From Bacilli bacterium (GTDB taxonomy: Bacteria; Bacillota_I; Bacilli_A; RF39; UBA660), in assembly GCA_017625395.1 (NCBI GenBank), contig JAGALD010000065.1, forward strand, positions 73,414 through 137,413: 64,000 nucleotides of DNA. Direction: 5' to 3'. The position numbers and the translations under genes were made by a program. Shown here one piece after another: positions 17,701 to 24,923 of the stretch. Under the pieces are notes generated by a model. It had not been told where the DNA came from and ran no database searches. It was given only the letters and a program-made list of their open reading frames with translations. The stretch's first letter is position 1. Each line of letters opens with the position of its first letter.

Positions 17701-18086
17701 TTTAGTTCAATAATACTTCTTTTATACTTATCTTTATTAGGTAAATATCTTAAATATCCATTTAAATGTGTTATTATTATCTTTTTTGTTGGTGATAGTG
17801 TTTTATTAAGAGTTTCTAATCTTGTTATTTTTAAGTCAGGACTCATTGCAACAGATTCACTTGTTAAAAAATCATCCATTGGAAAAAGATGGATTTTATT
17901 TGTATATGATGATAAATAATTAGTTAATAAATTTGCTTCAAACAATGTAGGTGTTACTATTATTATGTCTTTTTCTTGTGTTTCAAACAATTTATTTACA
18001 TACAACGAAAAAAATTCGTCGTTTAATCCGACCAATCCTTGTTCTTTTTCGTTATTTACTTTTACTAAATCATTAAGTAAATTCAT
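14781..18086 (-). CDS. mfd: Transcription-repair coupling factor
   Basis: It is 1101 aa. Helicase motifs include LLCGDVGYGKTEVA, LIIDEEQRFGV and QLYQVRGRVGRS. The CarD-like region contains GDYVVHSLHGIG. Confidence 0.95.
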   Translation of the reverse strand: MNLLNDLVKVNNEKEQGLVGLNDEFFSLYVNKLFETQEKDIIIVTPTLFEANLLTNYLSSYTNKIHLFPMDDFLTSESVAMSPDLKITRLETLNKTLSPTKKIIITHLNGYLRYLPNKDKYKRSIIELKVNQEYPRELLIGKLIEIGYIKETIVTKTGELGIRGFVIDIFPIENIHPIRIEFFGDEIESIRVFDEETQKTIQTIDCCTILPNTEFLIDDFFDSSNNKQKYLKQLSKEPIQSISEYLENPITIFKNYQQIKVSYENQLQQIFEYQSDRDIDFKDEYMFKLEDIKVDQVIYYNTINNIIENLNSNQIINFNIKEINNFNENIESINKFISDNLYINKTIIIALKDYQIKSFSKFLEQNYILTTYANIIDNSINIINMPLNKGFIYGKYVILTESELFSKHVNKAKYKTNFKYSSKIKNINNLEIGDYVVHSLHGIGIYNGIKTLKQHEFLKDFLEILYQGKDKLYIPVEKIELISKFTGKEGIVPKVNKLGGTEWQKTKLRVKTKVKDIAEKLLKLYAIREMKKGFQFSKDNELQIMFEQEFPYEPTKDQLFVTEQIKKDMESIVPMDRLLCGDVGYGKTEVAFRAIFKAVNDGKQVLYLCPTTILSKQQYENAVQRFKNFPVNISLLNRFTSSKDTKKIVEELKEGKIDILFGTHRLLSDDIRPSKLGLLIIDEEQRFGVTHKEKIKEYKENVDVLTLTATPIPRTLQMSMSGLRSLSLIETPPVDRYPIQTYVMEENIHIIKDAVYKELSRGGQVFILYNKVEDIELKKIELERILPETKIIYAHGQMNKLELENKMIDFIEHKYDILLCTTIIETGIDIPNVNTIIILNADRFGLSQLYQVRGRVGRSNKIAYAYLMYDPNKMLNETAIKRLNVIKEFTELGSGFSIATRDLSIRGAGDILGSEQAGFIDNIGIELYMKILNEEISKLKGEQIEEEQKETEERPLLTVETHISDEYVNDNNLKIEIHKKINEIDSYEKLLTVKEEIEDRFGKINEKVLIYMYEEWFEKQAKKLGIEKVNQNKNSIELVFSQDSSAKINGEKIFVDAFNISRMFRFQMKNNCLIVILDTIKLDEHYVFLLTKLLDKVEFRY

Positions 18087-18096
18087 TGTATCACCA

Positions 18097-18657
18097 TTAT
18101 TTTCTATTATATTTATTCATTAATCTATCAAATTCGATAATATTAAAGTCTTTTAATATATTTATTACTGTATCTGAAATTTCTTGAATTTTCTCTTTTT
18201 CTTCAATGCTAAACTTTCCTAAAACATAATCTTTGGTATCTATTTTTTTATTATTTGCAATCCCTATTTTTAATCTTTTAAAATTTTGTGTGTTAAGATG
18301 TAATTCTATATTTTTTAAGCCATTATGTCCACCACTTGAACCATTTGGTTTTAGTCTGATTCTTCCAAAGTCCATATCTAAATCATCACTGATTATTAAA
18401 ATATCCTCTATATTTATTTTGAAAAAATTTACAAATTTTATAACAACCTCTCCGGAAAGATTCATATATGATAAAGGCTTTAGTAATATGACTTTTTCAT
18501 TTGAAATGTATGTTTCAGCATATAATCCATTAAATTTTTCCTTAGATATTGTTATGTTTTGCGATTGTGCTAATTTATCAATAAAAATATACCCTATATT
18601 ATGTCTTGTATTCTCATATTCTTTACCTGGATTTCCAAGTCCTACTATAAGTTTCAT
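18097..18657 (-). CDS. pth: Peptidyl-tRNA hydrolase (start at the internal Met; the track ORF extends to 18720)
   Basis: It begins MKLIVGLGNPGKEYENTRHNIG and contains GGHNGLK. AAGGAG lies upstream of ATG 18657, immediately after the upstream stop. Confidence 0.9.
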   Translation of the reverse strand: MKLIVGLGNPGKEYENTRHNIGYIFIDKLAQSQNITISKEKFNGLYAETYISNEKVILLKPLSYMNLSGEVVIKFVNFFKINIEDILIISDDLDMDFGRIRLKPNGSSGGHNGLKNIELHLNTQNFKRLKIGIANNKKIDTKDYVLGKFSIEEKEKIQEISDTVINILKDFNIIEFDRLMNKYNRK

Positions 18658-18658
18658 T

Positions 18659-19390
18659 TTATTTCTCCTTTGTTGAAAAGATTTTTTTAATTTCTTCTTT
18701 ATAGTCACCATTCGGTTCATGAACCACTAATGGTGGTAATATTTTTAAACCAGGATTCCCATTCTTTCTTCCTTCAATCAATACCATATTTGATTCAGAT
18801 CCTTCTTTTGGATAAATTAACTGAATTTTTTTTGGTTCTATATTATTTTTCTTAAATAACTCAATTATCTCTATTAACCTATCAGTTCTATGAACCATTG
18901 CAAAAATGCCATTATTATTTAAAAATTTCTTTGCTATTTCTACTATTTCATTCAACTTGATTTCTTTTTCATGTCTTGCTATTGTTTTTTGTATATTTTC
19001 ATTTACATTTGAACTTTCATCAACTCTGAAATACGGTGGATTGGATACTATTACATCAAATGAATTTAATAAAAAATAGTTTTCCAAATTTTTCATATTA
19101 TCGTTTATTATTGTTATTCTATCAGTTAAACTATTTATTTTTACTGATTCTATAGCTAAATCATATACTTCTTTTTGCAATTCTATTCCATATAATTCTG
19201 CATTTGTTAGTGTAGATAATATCAATGGTATAGGAGCATTCCCAGTACCTAAATCAAGAATTTTTTTAATTCCTTTATTGAGTGTAACAAAATTTGGTAA
19301 TAATACTGAATCTAATGAAAAATTAAAATATTCATTGTTTTGTACTATTTTCATTCCATTATAGTTTAATAAATCATTTACTACTTTCAT
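18659..19390 (-). CDS. SAM-dependent N6-adenine methyltransferase, YabB/TrmN6-like
   Basis: It has the LDLGTGNAPIPL SAM motif and the VSNPPYF (NPPY) motif. Its position downstream of yaaT matches Bacillus yabB. Confidence 0.7.
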   Translation of the reverse strand: MKVVNDLLNYNGMKIVQNNEYFNFSLDSVLLPNFVTLNKGIKKILDLGTGNAPIPLILSTLTNAELYGIELQKEVYDLAIESVKINSLTDRITIINDNMKNLENYFLLNSFDVIVSNPPYFRVDESSNVNENIQKTIARHEKEIKLNEIVEIAKKFLNNNGIFAMVHRTDRLIEIIELFKKNNIEPKKIQLIYPKEGSESNMVLIEGRKNGNPGLKILPPLVVHEPNGDYKEEIKKIFSTKEK

Positions 19391-20174
19391 GTTTTTCTAT
19401 CTCTATTTCTATTAATGTTTTATCATTTTTTTCTACTGTATATGTTCCTTTAAACAAGTTATGGGAAATAACTTTTCCTTCTACTTCTGAATTTTTCAAT
19501 TTAGTTCCTATTGGTGGAAAATCTTTTTTCATTTCTGTATAATTTTCATCTTCGTATTTTAAGCAGCATAAAAGTCTGCCACATAATCCATTTATTTTTG
19601 TTGGATTCAATGACAAATATTGGTTTTTAGCCATATTTATTGATACACTGTTAAAATCATTTAGAAAAGTACTACAACATAAAAATCTTCCACAAGGTCC
19701 TATTCCACCTATTTCTTTTGCTTTATCTCTTACGCCTACTTGTCTTAACTCAATTCTTGTTTTATAAATTGCAGCTAGTTTTTTTGCTAGTTCCCTAAAA
19801 TCAATTCTTTCATCAGCTAAAAAGTTATAAACCAGTTGATTTCTATCAAGAGTAAAACTACAATCAATAAATTTCATATTTAATTCAAATTTTTTTGCAT
19901 GCTTTTTTGCATTTTCTAATGCCTCAATTGCTAATTTTTCATTTTCTTCCTGCCTTTTTAGATCTTCTTTTGTTGCCATTCTTATTATGGGCCTTAAAGG
20001 TAATACTAATTTATCTTCTGACATTTCTATTACATCTGTGCAAGCGATACCAATTTGTATTCCTCTTTCAGTTTCTACTACAACTTTATCTTGTTTTTTT
20101 ATAGATAAATTATTATGGGAAAAATAATACACTCTTTTAGAATTTATAAAATTAATTCCTATTACTTGATACAT
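19374..20174 (-). CDS. ricT: PSP1-domain protein RicT/YaaT (stage 0 sporulation protein)
   Basis: The Cys clusters GPCGRFLCCSTFL and GLCGRLLCCLKYE are typical of YaaT, and the gene is syntenic with holB. Confidence 0.8.
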   Translation of the reverse strand: MYQVIGINFINSKRVYYFSHNNLSIKKQDKVVVETERGIQIGIACTDVIEMSEDKLVLPLRPIIRMATKEDLKRQEENEKLAIEALENAKKHAKKFELNMKFIDCSFTLDRNQLVYNFLADERIDFRELAKKLAAIYKTRIELRQVGVRDKAKEIGGIGPCGRFLCCSTFLNDFNSVSINMAKNQYLSLNPTKINGLCGRLLCCLKYEDENYTEMKKDFPPIGTKLKNSEVEGKVISHNLFKGTYTVEKNDKTLIEIEIEKHESSK

Positions 20175-21024
20175 TTATATCAACTCCTGTCATAAGTATA
20201 ATAAGCTTGTCCAATAAAAGTTTCATATTTGCATTATATTTAATTCTTTCAATACATTCACTTATAGCATTTGTTTTTACTTTAATTGTTATTATTGTAT
20301 TTTTATCTGCTATTTTATTTATAAAATCTTCATTATCTTCAAAATATTGTATTGGTAAGCCTATTTTTTTATGCAATACATCATTATATACATATAGCAT
20401 ATTGTTTAGAAGCTCTGCAAAATTTTGTCTATCACTTAAATCTTTTATGTCGAAATCATTTATATAAGCAATGCTTTGTTCCTTCTTTTCTTCAATACAC
20501 ATTATTATATTAAATAATTTTTCAACTTCTTCAAAGTTAAAACCAAAATTCAATTTTTCTTTAACATAGTATCTTATAATTTGACATCTCGACACTATTG
20601 TGTTTATTACTATATTTCTGTTGCTTGTAATTAATATTGCAATTATATTCTCTTCTGGTTCTTCTAAAAATTTTAATAAAGTATTTGCTGACGAGCTGTT
20701 TAATTTTTCTGCTTCTTCTATTATGTATATTCTCTTTGAATTATATATAGATTTTGTCTTAAAGTTTTCTTTTATCTTTAAAATTTCTTCTTTTTTGATA
20801 GTTTGTAAATCTGTTTTTAATATTTGTAAATCATAATTTATATTTAATTGCTCTATATTATTATTTTCTTCAAAACTTAATATTTTTTTTACTAATTCCT
20901 TTGCAATTTCTATTCTATTATCGAAATTTGTCTCTATTAAGTATGCATGATTAATTTTATCTTTTTTTATATATTTATCTAATATATTTGAAAATTCTAA
21001 TATATTTCCTTTAAATGCATCCAT
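20152..21024 (-). CDS. holB: DNA polymerase III delta-prime subunit
   Basis: It has NHAYLIE, an AAA-like fold lacking a full Walker A, and SRCQIIRY. The synteny is dnaX...recR...holB. Confidence 0.75.
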   Translation of the reverse strand: MDAFKGNILEFSNILDKYIKKDKINHAYLIETNFDNRIEIAKELVKKILSFEENNNIEQLNINYDLQILKTDLQTIKKEEILKIKENFKTKSIYNSKRIYIIEEAEKLNSSSANTLLKFLEEPEENIIAILITSNRNIVINTIVSRCQIIRYYVKEKLNFGFNFEEVEKLFNIIMCIEEKKEQSIAYINDFDIKDLSDRQNFAELLNNMLYVYNDVLHKKIGLPIQYFEDNEDFINKIADKNTIITIKVKTNAISECIERIKYNANMKLLLDKLIILMTGVDINVSSNRN

Positions 21025-21032
21025 ATTTCCTC

Positions 21033-21218
21033 CTAATAAAATAGTTTTAATACAATAATTAACAATGCAATTCCTGGTAGATCTAATAACGATACTATAG
21101 TAATTGTAATATAATTAATTGGAATTATTAATCCAAATGATTTTGCTAAAATATTATATGTATATATTAAAAATACTGCTAGAATAATTTTTTTTATTAT
21201 ATAAAATAATTTTTTCAT
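21033..21218 (-). CDS. bofA: Small membrane protein, BofA-like (pro-sigma-K processing inhibitor family)
   Basis: LIIPINYITITIVSLLDLPGIALLIIVLKLF resembles the remembered BofA C-terminus IHVPINLVTTAISGILGIPGIAALVVIKQF. The position after recR matches Bacillus. Confidence 0.55.
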   Translation of the reverse strand: MKKLFYIIKKIILAVFLIYTYNILAKSFGLIIPINYITITIVSLLDLPGIALLIIVLKLFY

Positions 21219-21256
21219 AGTCTCTCCTCGGTTAACTCTATGAAAAAATTATTTTT

Positions 21257-21853
21257 TTATTCTATTTCTTTTCTATCAGTTAAAGCTCTTTCTAATGTCA
21301 TTGAATCGATAAATTCAATATCTGTTCCTATTGGAATACCACTTGCTATTCTTGTTACTTTTATTTTCATATCTTCTATTATTTTTTTTATATACAAAGC
21401 AGTTGTTTCTCCTTCAATACTAGGTTTAACAGCAATTATTATTTCTTTATAATTTCCCTTTTGAATTCTTTTTACTAATTTTTCTAATCCTATATCATCT
21501 GGATCAATTCCATCTAATGGAGAAATAAGACCATCTATAACATGATATTCTCCATTATAGGTTCCTACTTTTTCAAATAAAAATATACTTTTTGGGTCTT
21601 CAACAACACATAATAGATCTTTTTCGCGTAAATGATTATTGCATATATCGCATATTTCTTGATCTGTTATGCTATTACATATAGAACATTTTCGTATTTT
21701 TTCCTTTGCTTCTTTTATTGACTCAGCAAAAAAAGTTGTTTTTTCTTCTTCTTCATTTATTAAATAAAAAGCTAATCTTTCTGCAGTTTTATCACCTATT
21801 CCTGGCAATAATTTAAAGCTCTCTATTAAATTTTTTAAGCTTTTTGGATACAT
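21257..21853 (-). CDS. recR: Recombination protein RecR
   Basis: It has the N-terminal HhH segment (LPGIGDKTAERLAF), a C4 zinc finger (CSICNS...CDICNN) and a Toprim domain. Confidence 0.95.
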   Translation of the reverse strand: MYPKSLKNLIESFKLLPGIGDKTAERLAFYLINEEEEKTTFFAESIKEAKEKIRKCSICNSITDQEICDICNNHLREKDLLCVVEDPKSIFLFEKVGTYNGEYHVIDGLISPLDGIDPDDIGLEKLVKRIQKGNYKEIIIAVKPSIEGETTALYIKKIIEDMKIKVTRIASGIPIGTDIEFIDSMTLERALTDRKEIE

Positions 21854-22149
21854 TAAAATATACCTGGAATATTTCCAAATTTTGACATTTTTTGTTCCTT
21901 GAAATTATCAACTTTTTTAAATGTATTATTCAAAGCAACTAATAACATATCTTCTAATAGCTCAATATCGTCTGTTTCTAGTTTTGCGTTTTTATCTATT
22001 TCTATTGATAAAACTTCTTTTTTTCCATTAACTTTTACTTTAACTAATGAACTTTCTCCATCAAAAGTTGTTTTTTCTATTTCTTCTTGGACTTTTAACA
22101 TATCTTTTTGTAAGTTTTGTGCTTGACGCATTAATGCTTGCATATTCAT
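21853..22149 (-). CDS. ybaB: Nucleoid-associated protein YbaB/EbfC (start at the internal Met; the track ORF extends to 22179)
   Basis: It begins MNMQALMRQAQNLQKDMLKVQEEI. AGAGGGAA lies upstream of ATG 22149. It sits between dnaX and recR. Confidence 0.9.
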   Translation of the reverse strand: MNMQALMRQAQNLQKDMLKVQEEIEKTTFDGESSLVKVKVNGKKEVLSIEIDKNAKLETDDIELLEDMLLVALNNTFKKVDNFKEQKMSKFGNIPGIF

Positions 22150-22165
22150 TTTACATTCCCTCTTT

Positions 22166-23734
22166 CTATATATCTTCAAATAAAGCTTTAGCTTTTTCTT
22201 TTAATGTTAATTCTGTATTTTTTATATTTTCATGTTCTTCACAAAATTTAAAATAATTTTTATCTTTTTTATATTGTTCTATATATTCATTCCATTCTTT
22301 TTCTGATATACATATTACTTTATATTTTTTCATAAATATCTTTTCAAATATTTTATCTACAATATATATATCACTATTTAATTGTTCTGCAAGGCCATTA
22401 AGCTTGGATATTAATATCACATTTGTATCACTTGCTGCTACAGGAATAATATCAGAACTTAATAATCTTGCGATATTTCCGAATTCTTTATCAAATGCTA
22501 GATCTTTCAATTTTATCCAACTACTTCTAATATTGGAAATTATATTTTTTTGTGGATTACATAACGTATTTCCAATTCTTATTTGCTTAAAAGAAGAATT
22601 ATCAACTATACTTTCCTCTACTTCTTGACTACTTATATTATTATTGTTATTTGATAACTGCTTTTCGGACTCATCCTTTTTTGTTTCTTTCAATAAAACA
22701 TTTGTTTGGTCATTGTTATATTCTACTAAAAGATTTAATAGACATACTTCAAATATTATTTTTGGATTCTCTGATTTTCTAATTTTTTCTGATAATGAAT
22801 CTAATTCTTTTATAATAAAACATTCATGTGAATTATATTTTTTTTCATTTATTATTTTATTACTTAAATATTCAATAACACCATTTATTAGTTTTGTTAA
22901 ATCTACACCTGATTCATAATATTTATCAATTTTATCAATCAAACATGCAAAATCCTTTTTTTCATATAAATCGAGAAACTCTTCTAATTCTTTTTTCGAT
23001 ATATTACCAGAAATTTCCTTTATAGTATCAACATCAATTTTCATTTCATTATACGAATTTGCTTTTTCTAAAATTCCAATAGCATCTCTTAATCCACCAT
23101 TTGAATATCTTACGATTTCATCTATTGCATCTGACACAATATTGATATTTTCTTTTTCAGATATTTCTTCTAATTTTTGGTGCATTGCGTTATCACTAAT
23201 TTTATTAAATTCCAACGTTTGACATCTAGAAATTATTGTTGCCGGAACCTTATTCAACTCTGTTGTTGCTAATACAAATATTGCATGTTCAGGCGGTTCT
23301 TCTAATGTTTTTAATAATGCATTAAATGCACCAGGAGAAAGCATATGAACTTCATCCACAATATATACTTTATATCTTAATTCAGACGGAACAAATGAAA
23401 TTTTATTTTTTAATTCTCTAATTTCATCTACTCCATTATTAGATGCTGCATCTATTTCTATTATATCTATACATTCTTTTTCATGAGTTGCAATACAATT
23501 ACTACATTTTCCACAAGGTATTTGTTCATCAGATAAATTTAAACAATTAACTGTTTTTGCAAATATTTTTGCAATTGATGTTTTACCCGTACCTCTTGGT
23601 CCATAGAATAAATATGCATGCGCTACTTTTTTATTTTTAATAGCATTTTTCAAAATTTTTAATGTTACATTTTGACCAGCCACTTCATTAAAATTTTTTG
23701 GTCTATATTTTCTATATAATGCTTGGTAATTCAT
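22166..23734 (-). CDS. dnaX: DNA polymerase III tau/gamma subunit
   Basis: It has GPRGTGKTS (Walker A), VYIVDEVHMLS, SRCQTLEF and a Zn module (CGKCSNC). Confidence 0.95.
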   Translation of the reverse strand: MNYQALYRKYRPKNFNEVAGQNVTLKILKNAIKNKKVAHAYLFYGPRGTGKTSIAKIFAKTVNCLNLSDEQIPCGKCSNCIATHEKECIDIIEIDAASNNGVDEIRELKNKISFVPSELRYKVYIVDEVHMLSPGAFNALLKTLEEPPEHAIFVLATTELNKVPATIISRCQTLEFNKISDNAMHQKLEEISEKENINIVSDAIDEIVRYSNGGLRDAIGILEKANSYNEMKIDVDTIKEISGNISKKELEEFLDLYEKKDFACLIDKIDKYYESGVDLTKLINGVIEYLSNKIINEKKYNSHECFIIKELDSLSEKIRKSENPKIIFEVCLLNLLVEYNNDQTNVLLKETKKDESEKQLSNNNNNISSQEVEESIVDNSSFKQIRIGNTLCNPQKNIISNIRSSWIKLKDLAFDKEFGNIARLLSSDIIPVAASDTNVILISKLNGLAEQLNSDIYIVDKIFEKIFMKKYKVICISEKEWNEYIEQYKKDKNYFKFCEEHENIKNTELTLKEKAKALFEDI

Positions 23735-23924
23735 AATTCCTCCTTTCTTTTTTCCTATTATATTATAGCATATTTATATTTTTTTACTTAACTTTATTTT
23801 GTTTTTTTGTTTAAATATTTTTAATCTACTTTAAGCATTCATATCTAATAACTTTATTCACATCAAACATAATATTTTTTATTAGATATACATTTATATT
23901 CTCAATTATTTTTTCCCCTTCATG

Positions 23925-23940
23925 TGTTTCACGTGTAACA
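23925..23940. promoter_or_regulatory. parS: parS site (ParB/Spo0J binding), perfect match to the consensus
   Basis: TGTTTCACGTGTAACA has the reverse complement TGTTACACGTGAAACA, which equals TGTTNCACGTGAAACA. Confidence 0.75.
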
Positions 23941-23956
23941 TTATATTTTACTGTTT

Positions 23957-23972
23957 TATTTCCCGGGAAATA
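23957..23972. promoter_or_regulatory. Noc-binding site (NBS), perfect 16-bp palindrome
   Basis: TATTTCCCGGGAAATA contains the B. subtilis NBS consensus ATTTCCCGGGAAAT. Confidence 0.7.
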
Positions 23973-24034
23973 TTTTATTTTCTTCGTTTTACCTTTTATT
24001 TGTTTTTTTATTTTTTTCTTTTTCCACTTTTATA

Positions 24035-24050
24035 TGTTTCACGTGTAACA
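24035..24050. promoter_or_regulatory. parS: parS site, perfect match to the consensus
   Basis: TGTTTCACGTGTAACA, identical to the unit 1 site. Confidence 0.75.
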
Positions 24051-24066
24051 TTATCTTTTACTGTTT

Positions 24067-24082
24067 TATTTTCTGGAAAATA
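24067..24082. promoter_or_regulatory. NBS-like variant palindrome
   Basis: TATTTTCTGGAAAATA differs from the NBS by a symmetric C-to-T / G-to-A change in the arms and by one central base. Confidence 0.4.
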
Positions 24083-24143
24083 TTTTATATTCTTCGTTTT
24101 ACCTTTCATTTGTTTTTTTATTTTTTCTTTTTCCACTTTTATA

Positions 24144-24159
24144 TGTTTCACATGTAACT
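24144..24159. promoter_or_regulatory. Degenerate parS-like site (2 mismatches)
   Basis: TGTTTCACATGTAACT has the reverse complement AGTTACATGTGAAACA. Confidence 0.35.
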
Positions 24160-24175
24160 TTATCTTTTACTGTTT

Positions 24176-24191
24176 TATTTCCTGGGAAATA
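24176..24191. promoter_or_regulatory. NBS-like site (1 mismatch)
   Basis: TATTTCCTGGGAAATA. Confidence 0.55.
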
Positions 24192-24295
24192 TTTTTTTCT
24201 TCTCCGTTTTTTCTTTGATTTGTTTTTTTTATTTTTCCTTTTTCCACAACTTTTTGTTTATGTTCATATTTACTCTTTTTTTCATCTTTCTTATT

Positions 24296-24311
24296 TATTT
24301 CCCGGGAAATA
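24296..24311. promoter_or_regulatory. Noc-binding site (NBS), perfect
   Basis: TATTTCCCGGGAAATA, 25 nt from the tadA stop. Confidence 0.7.
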
Positions 24312-24334
24312 TTTTTTGATAAAAAAAAAGACAA

Positions 24335-24748
24335 TTATTTGTCCTTTTCTCTTATTTGCTTAAATGCATTTTGGATTATTATTGTGCTTTTTTCTATTAT
24401 TCCTTTATCTTTTATTTGGATAAATTTATTTTCTGTTAAATCATTATTATTATTTGTTGATACTGCTGCATACACTATTTTGCTTATTTTACTACTTTTA
24501 ATTACTTCCTTACACATATTACACGGTTCTAGTGTGGTATATAAAATACAATCGTTTAATCTCCAATTTTTTTTCTTTTTATTTGCTTTTTCTATTGCTA
24601 TAATTTCTGCATGCCTAGTAACTATATTACTACTATCTCTTTTGTTATGTGCCCTTGATAATACCTTTCCATCGCATACTATTACCGCACCTATTGGAAT
24701 TTCATTCTCTTTATATGCTATTTCTGCTTCTTTGTATGCTATTTTCAT
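24335..24748 (-). CDS. tadA: tRNA-specific adenosine deaminase (start at the internal Met; the track ORF extends to 24853 across the SRP RNA gene)
   Basis: It begins MKIAYKEAEIAYKENEIPIGAVIV and has the HAEIIAIE (HAE) and EPCNMC (PCxxC) zinc motifs. Confidence 0.85.
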   Translation of the reverse strand: MKIAYKEAEIAYKENEIPIGAVIVCDGKVLSRAHNKRDSSNIVTRHAEIIAIEKANKKKKNWRLNDCILYTTLEPCNMCKEVIKSSKISKIVYAAVSTNNNNDLTENKFIQIKDKGIIEKSTIIIQNAFKQIREKDK

Positions 24749-24782
24749 ATAATATTTATCTTCTTTCAACCTAATCAACTCC

Positions 24783-24866
24783 AAAAAAAATGATGCACAT
24801 AAGTATAAAAACATTAAGGCTGCTATTTTCCAATCCTGACCTGGTTCTGCCATACTTATTGCATCG
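24783..24866 (-). ncRNA. ffs: Small-type signal recognition particle RNA (4.5S/scRNA-like) with terminal U-run
   Basis: The minus strand reads GATGCAATAAGTATGGCAGAACCAGGTCAGGATTGGAAAATAGCAGCCTTAATGTTTTTATACTTATGTGCATC followed by T8. The domain IV core is CCAGGUCAGG-AUU-GGAA-AAU-AGCAGCC, compared with E. coli CCAGGUCAGG-UCC-GGAA-GGA-AGCAGCC, so the stem change is compensatory. The 5' and 3' ends pair (GATGCA.ATAAGTAT / ATACTTAT.TGCATC). Confidence 0.75.
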
Positions 24867-24923
24867 ATATAATTTTACTATAAATATTAAAAAAAAACAA
24901 ATAAATTAAAAAAAAAGAAGATA

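Larger units (their letters stand above)
23925..24311. repeat. Tandem array of 109-110 bp units (3 units plus a degenerate 4th). Each unit contains a parS-type and an NBS-type palindrome.
   Basis: Units start at 23925, 24035 and 24144. Units 1 and 2 differ at only a handful of positions by eye, unit 3 is more diverged, and only the NBS survives in unit 4. The array is noncoding: stops occur in every minus-strand frame of every unit, and the plus-strand ORF is F-rich junk. Confidence 0.9.

Noticed and set aside
24067-24082. TATTTTCTGGAAAATA read as a CodY box (AATTTTCWGAAAATT)
   Set aside because: The CodY consensus is 15 bp with a single central base, whereas this site has a 2-bp centre. It occupies exactly the NBS position of the repeat unit, so an NBS-variant reading is simpler.
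23922-24218. 98-aa plus-strand ORF (F/L/C-rich) spanning the repeat array
   Set aside because: Its composition is what results from translating T-rich repeat DNA. It has no SD and its periodicity simply mirrors the 110-bp repeat. I treat it as non-coding.
24020-24248. DnaA-box-like 9-mers inside the repeat units (TTTTCCACT at 24020-24028; TTTTCCACA at 24240-24248)
   Set aside because: They have one or two mismatches in a T-rich context. That is too degenerate to call a DnaA-box cluster without binding data.
23925-24311. The repeat array read as a CRISPR array or as a K-rich repetitive protein on the minus strand
   Set aside because: The units are contiguous 110-bp direct repeats with no unique spacers, and no cas genes are present. 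On the minus strand, every unit has stops in all three frames, for example GGAAATAAAACAGTAAAAGATAA.
24749-24853. N-terminal 35 codons of track ORF 24335..24853
   Set aside because: This stretch overlaps the SRP RNA gene and its terminator. The TadA homology begins at the internal Met (24748).
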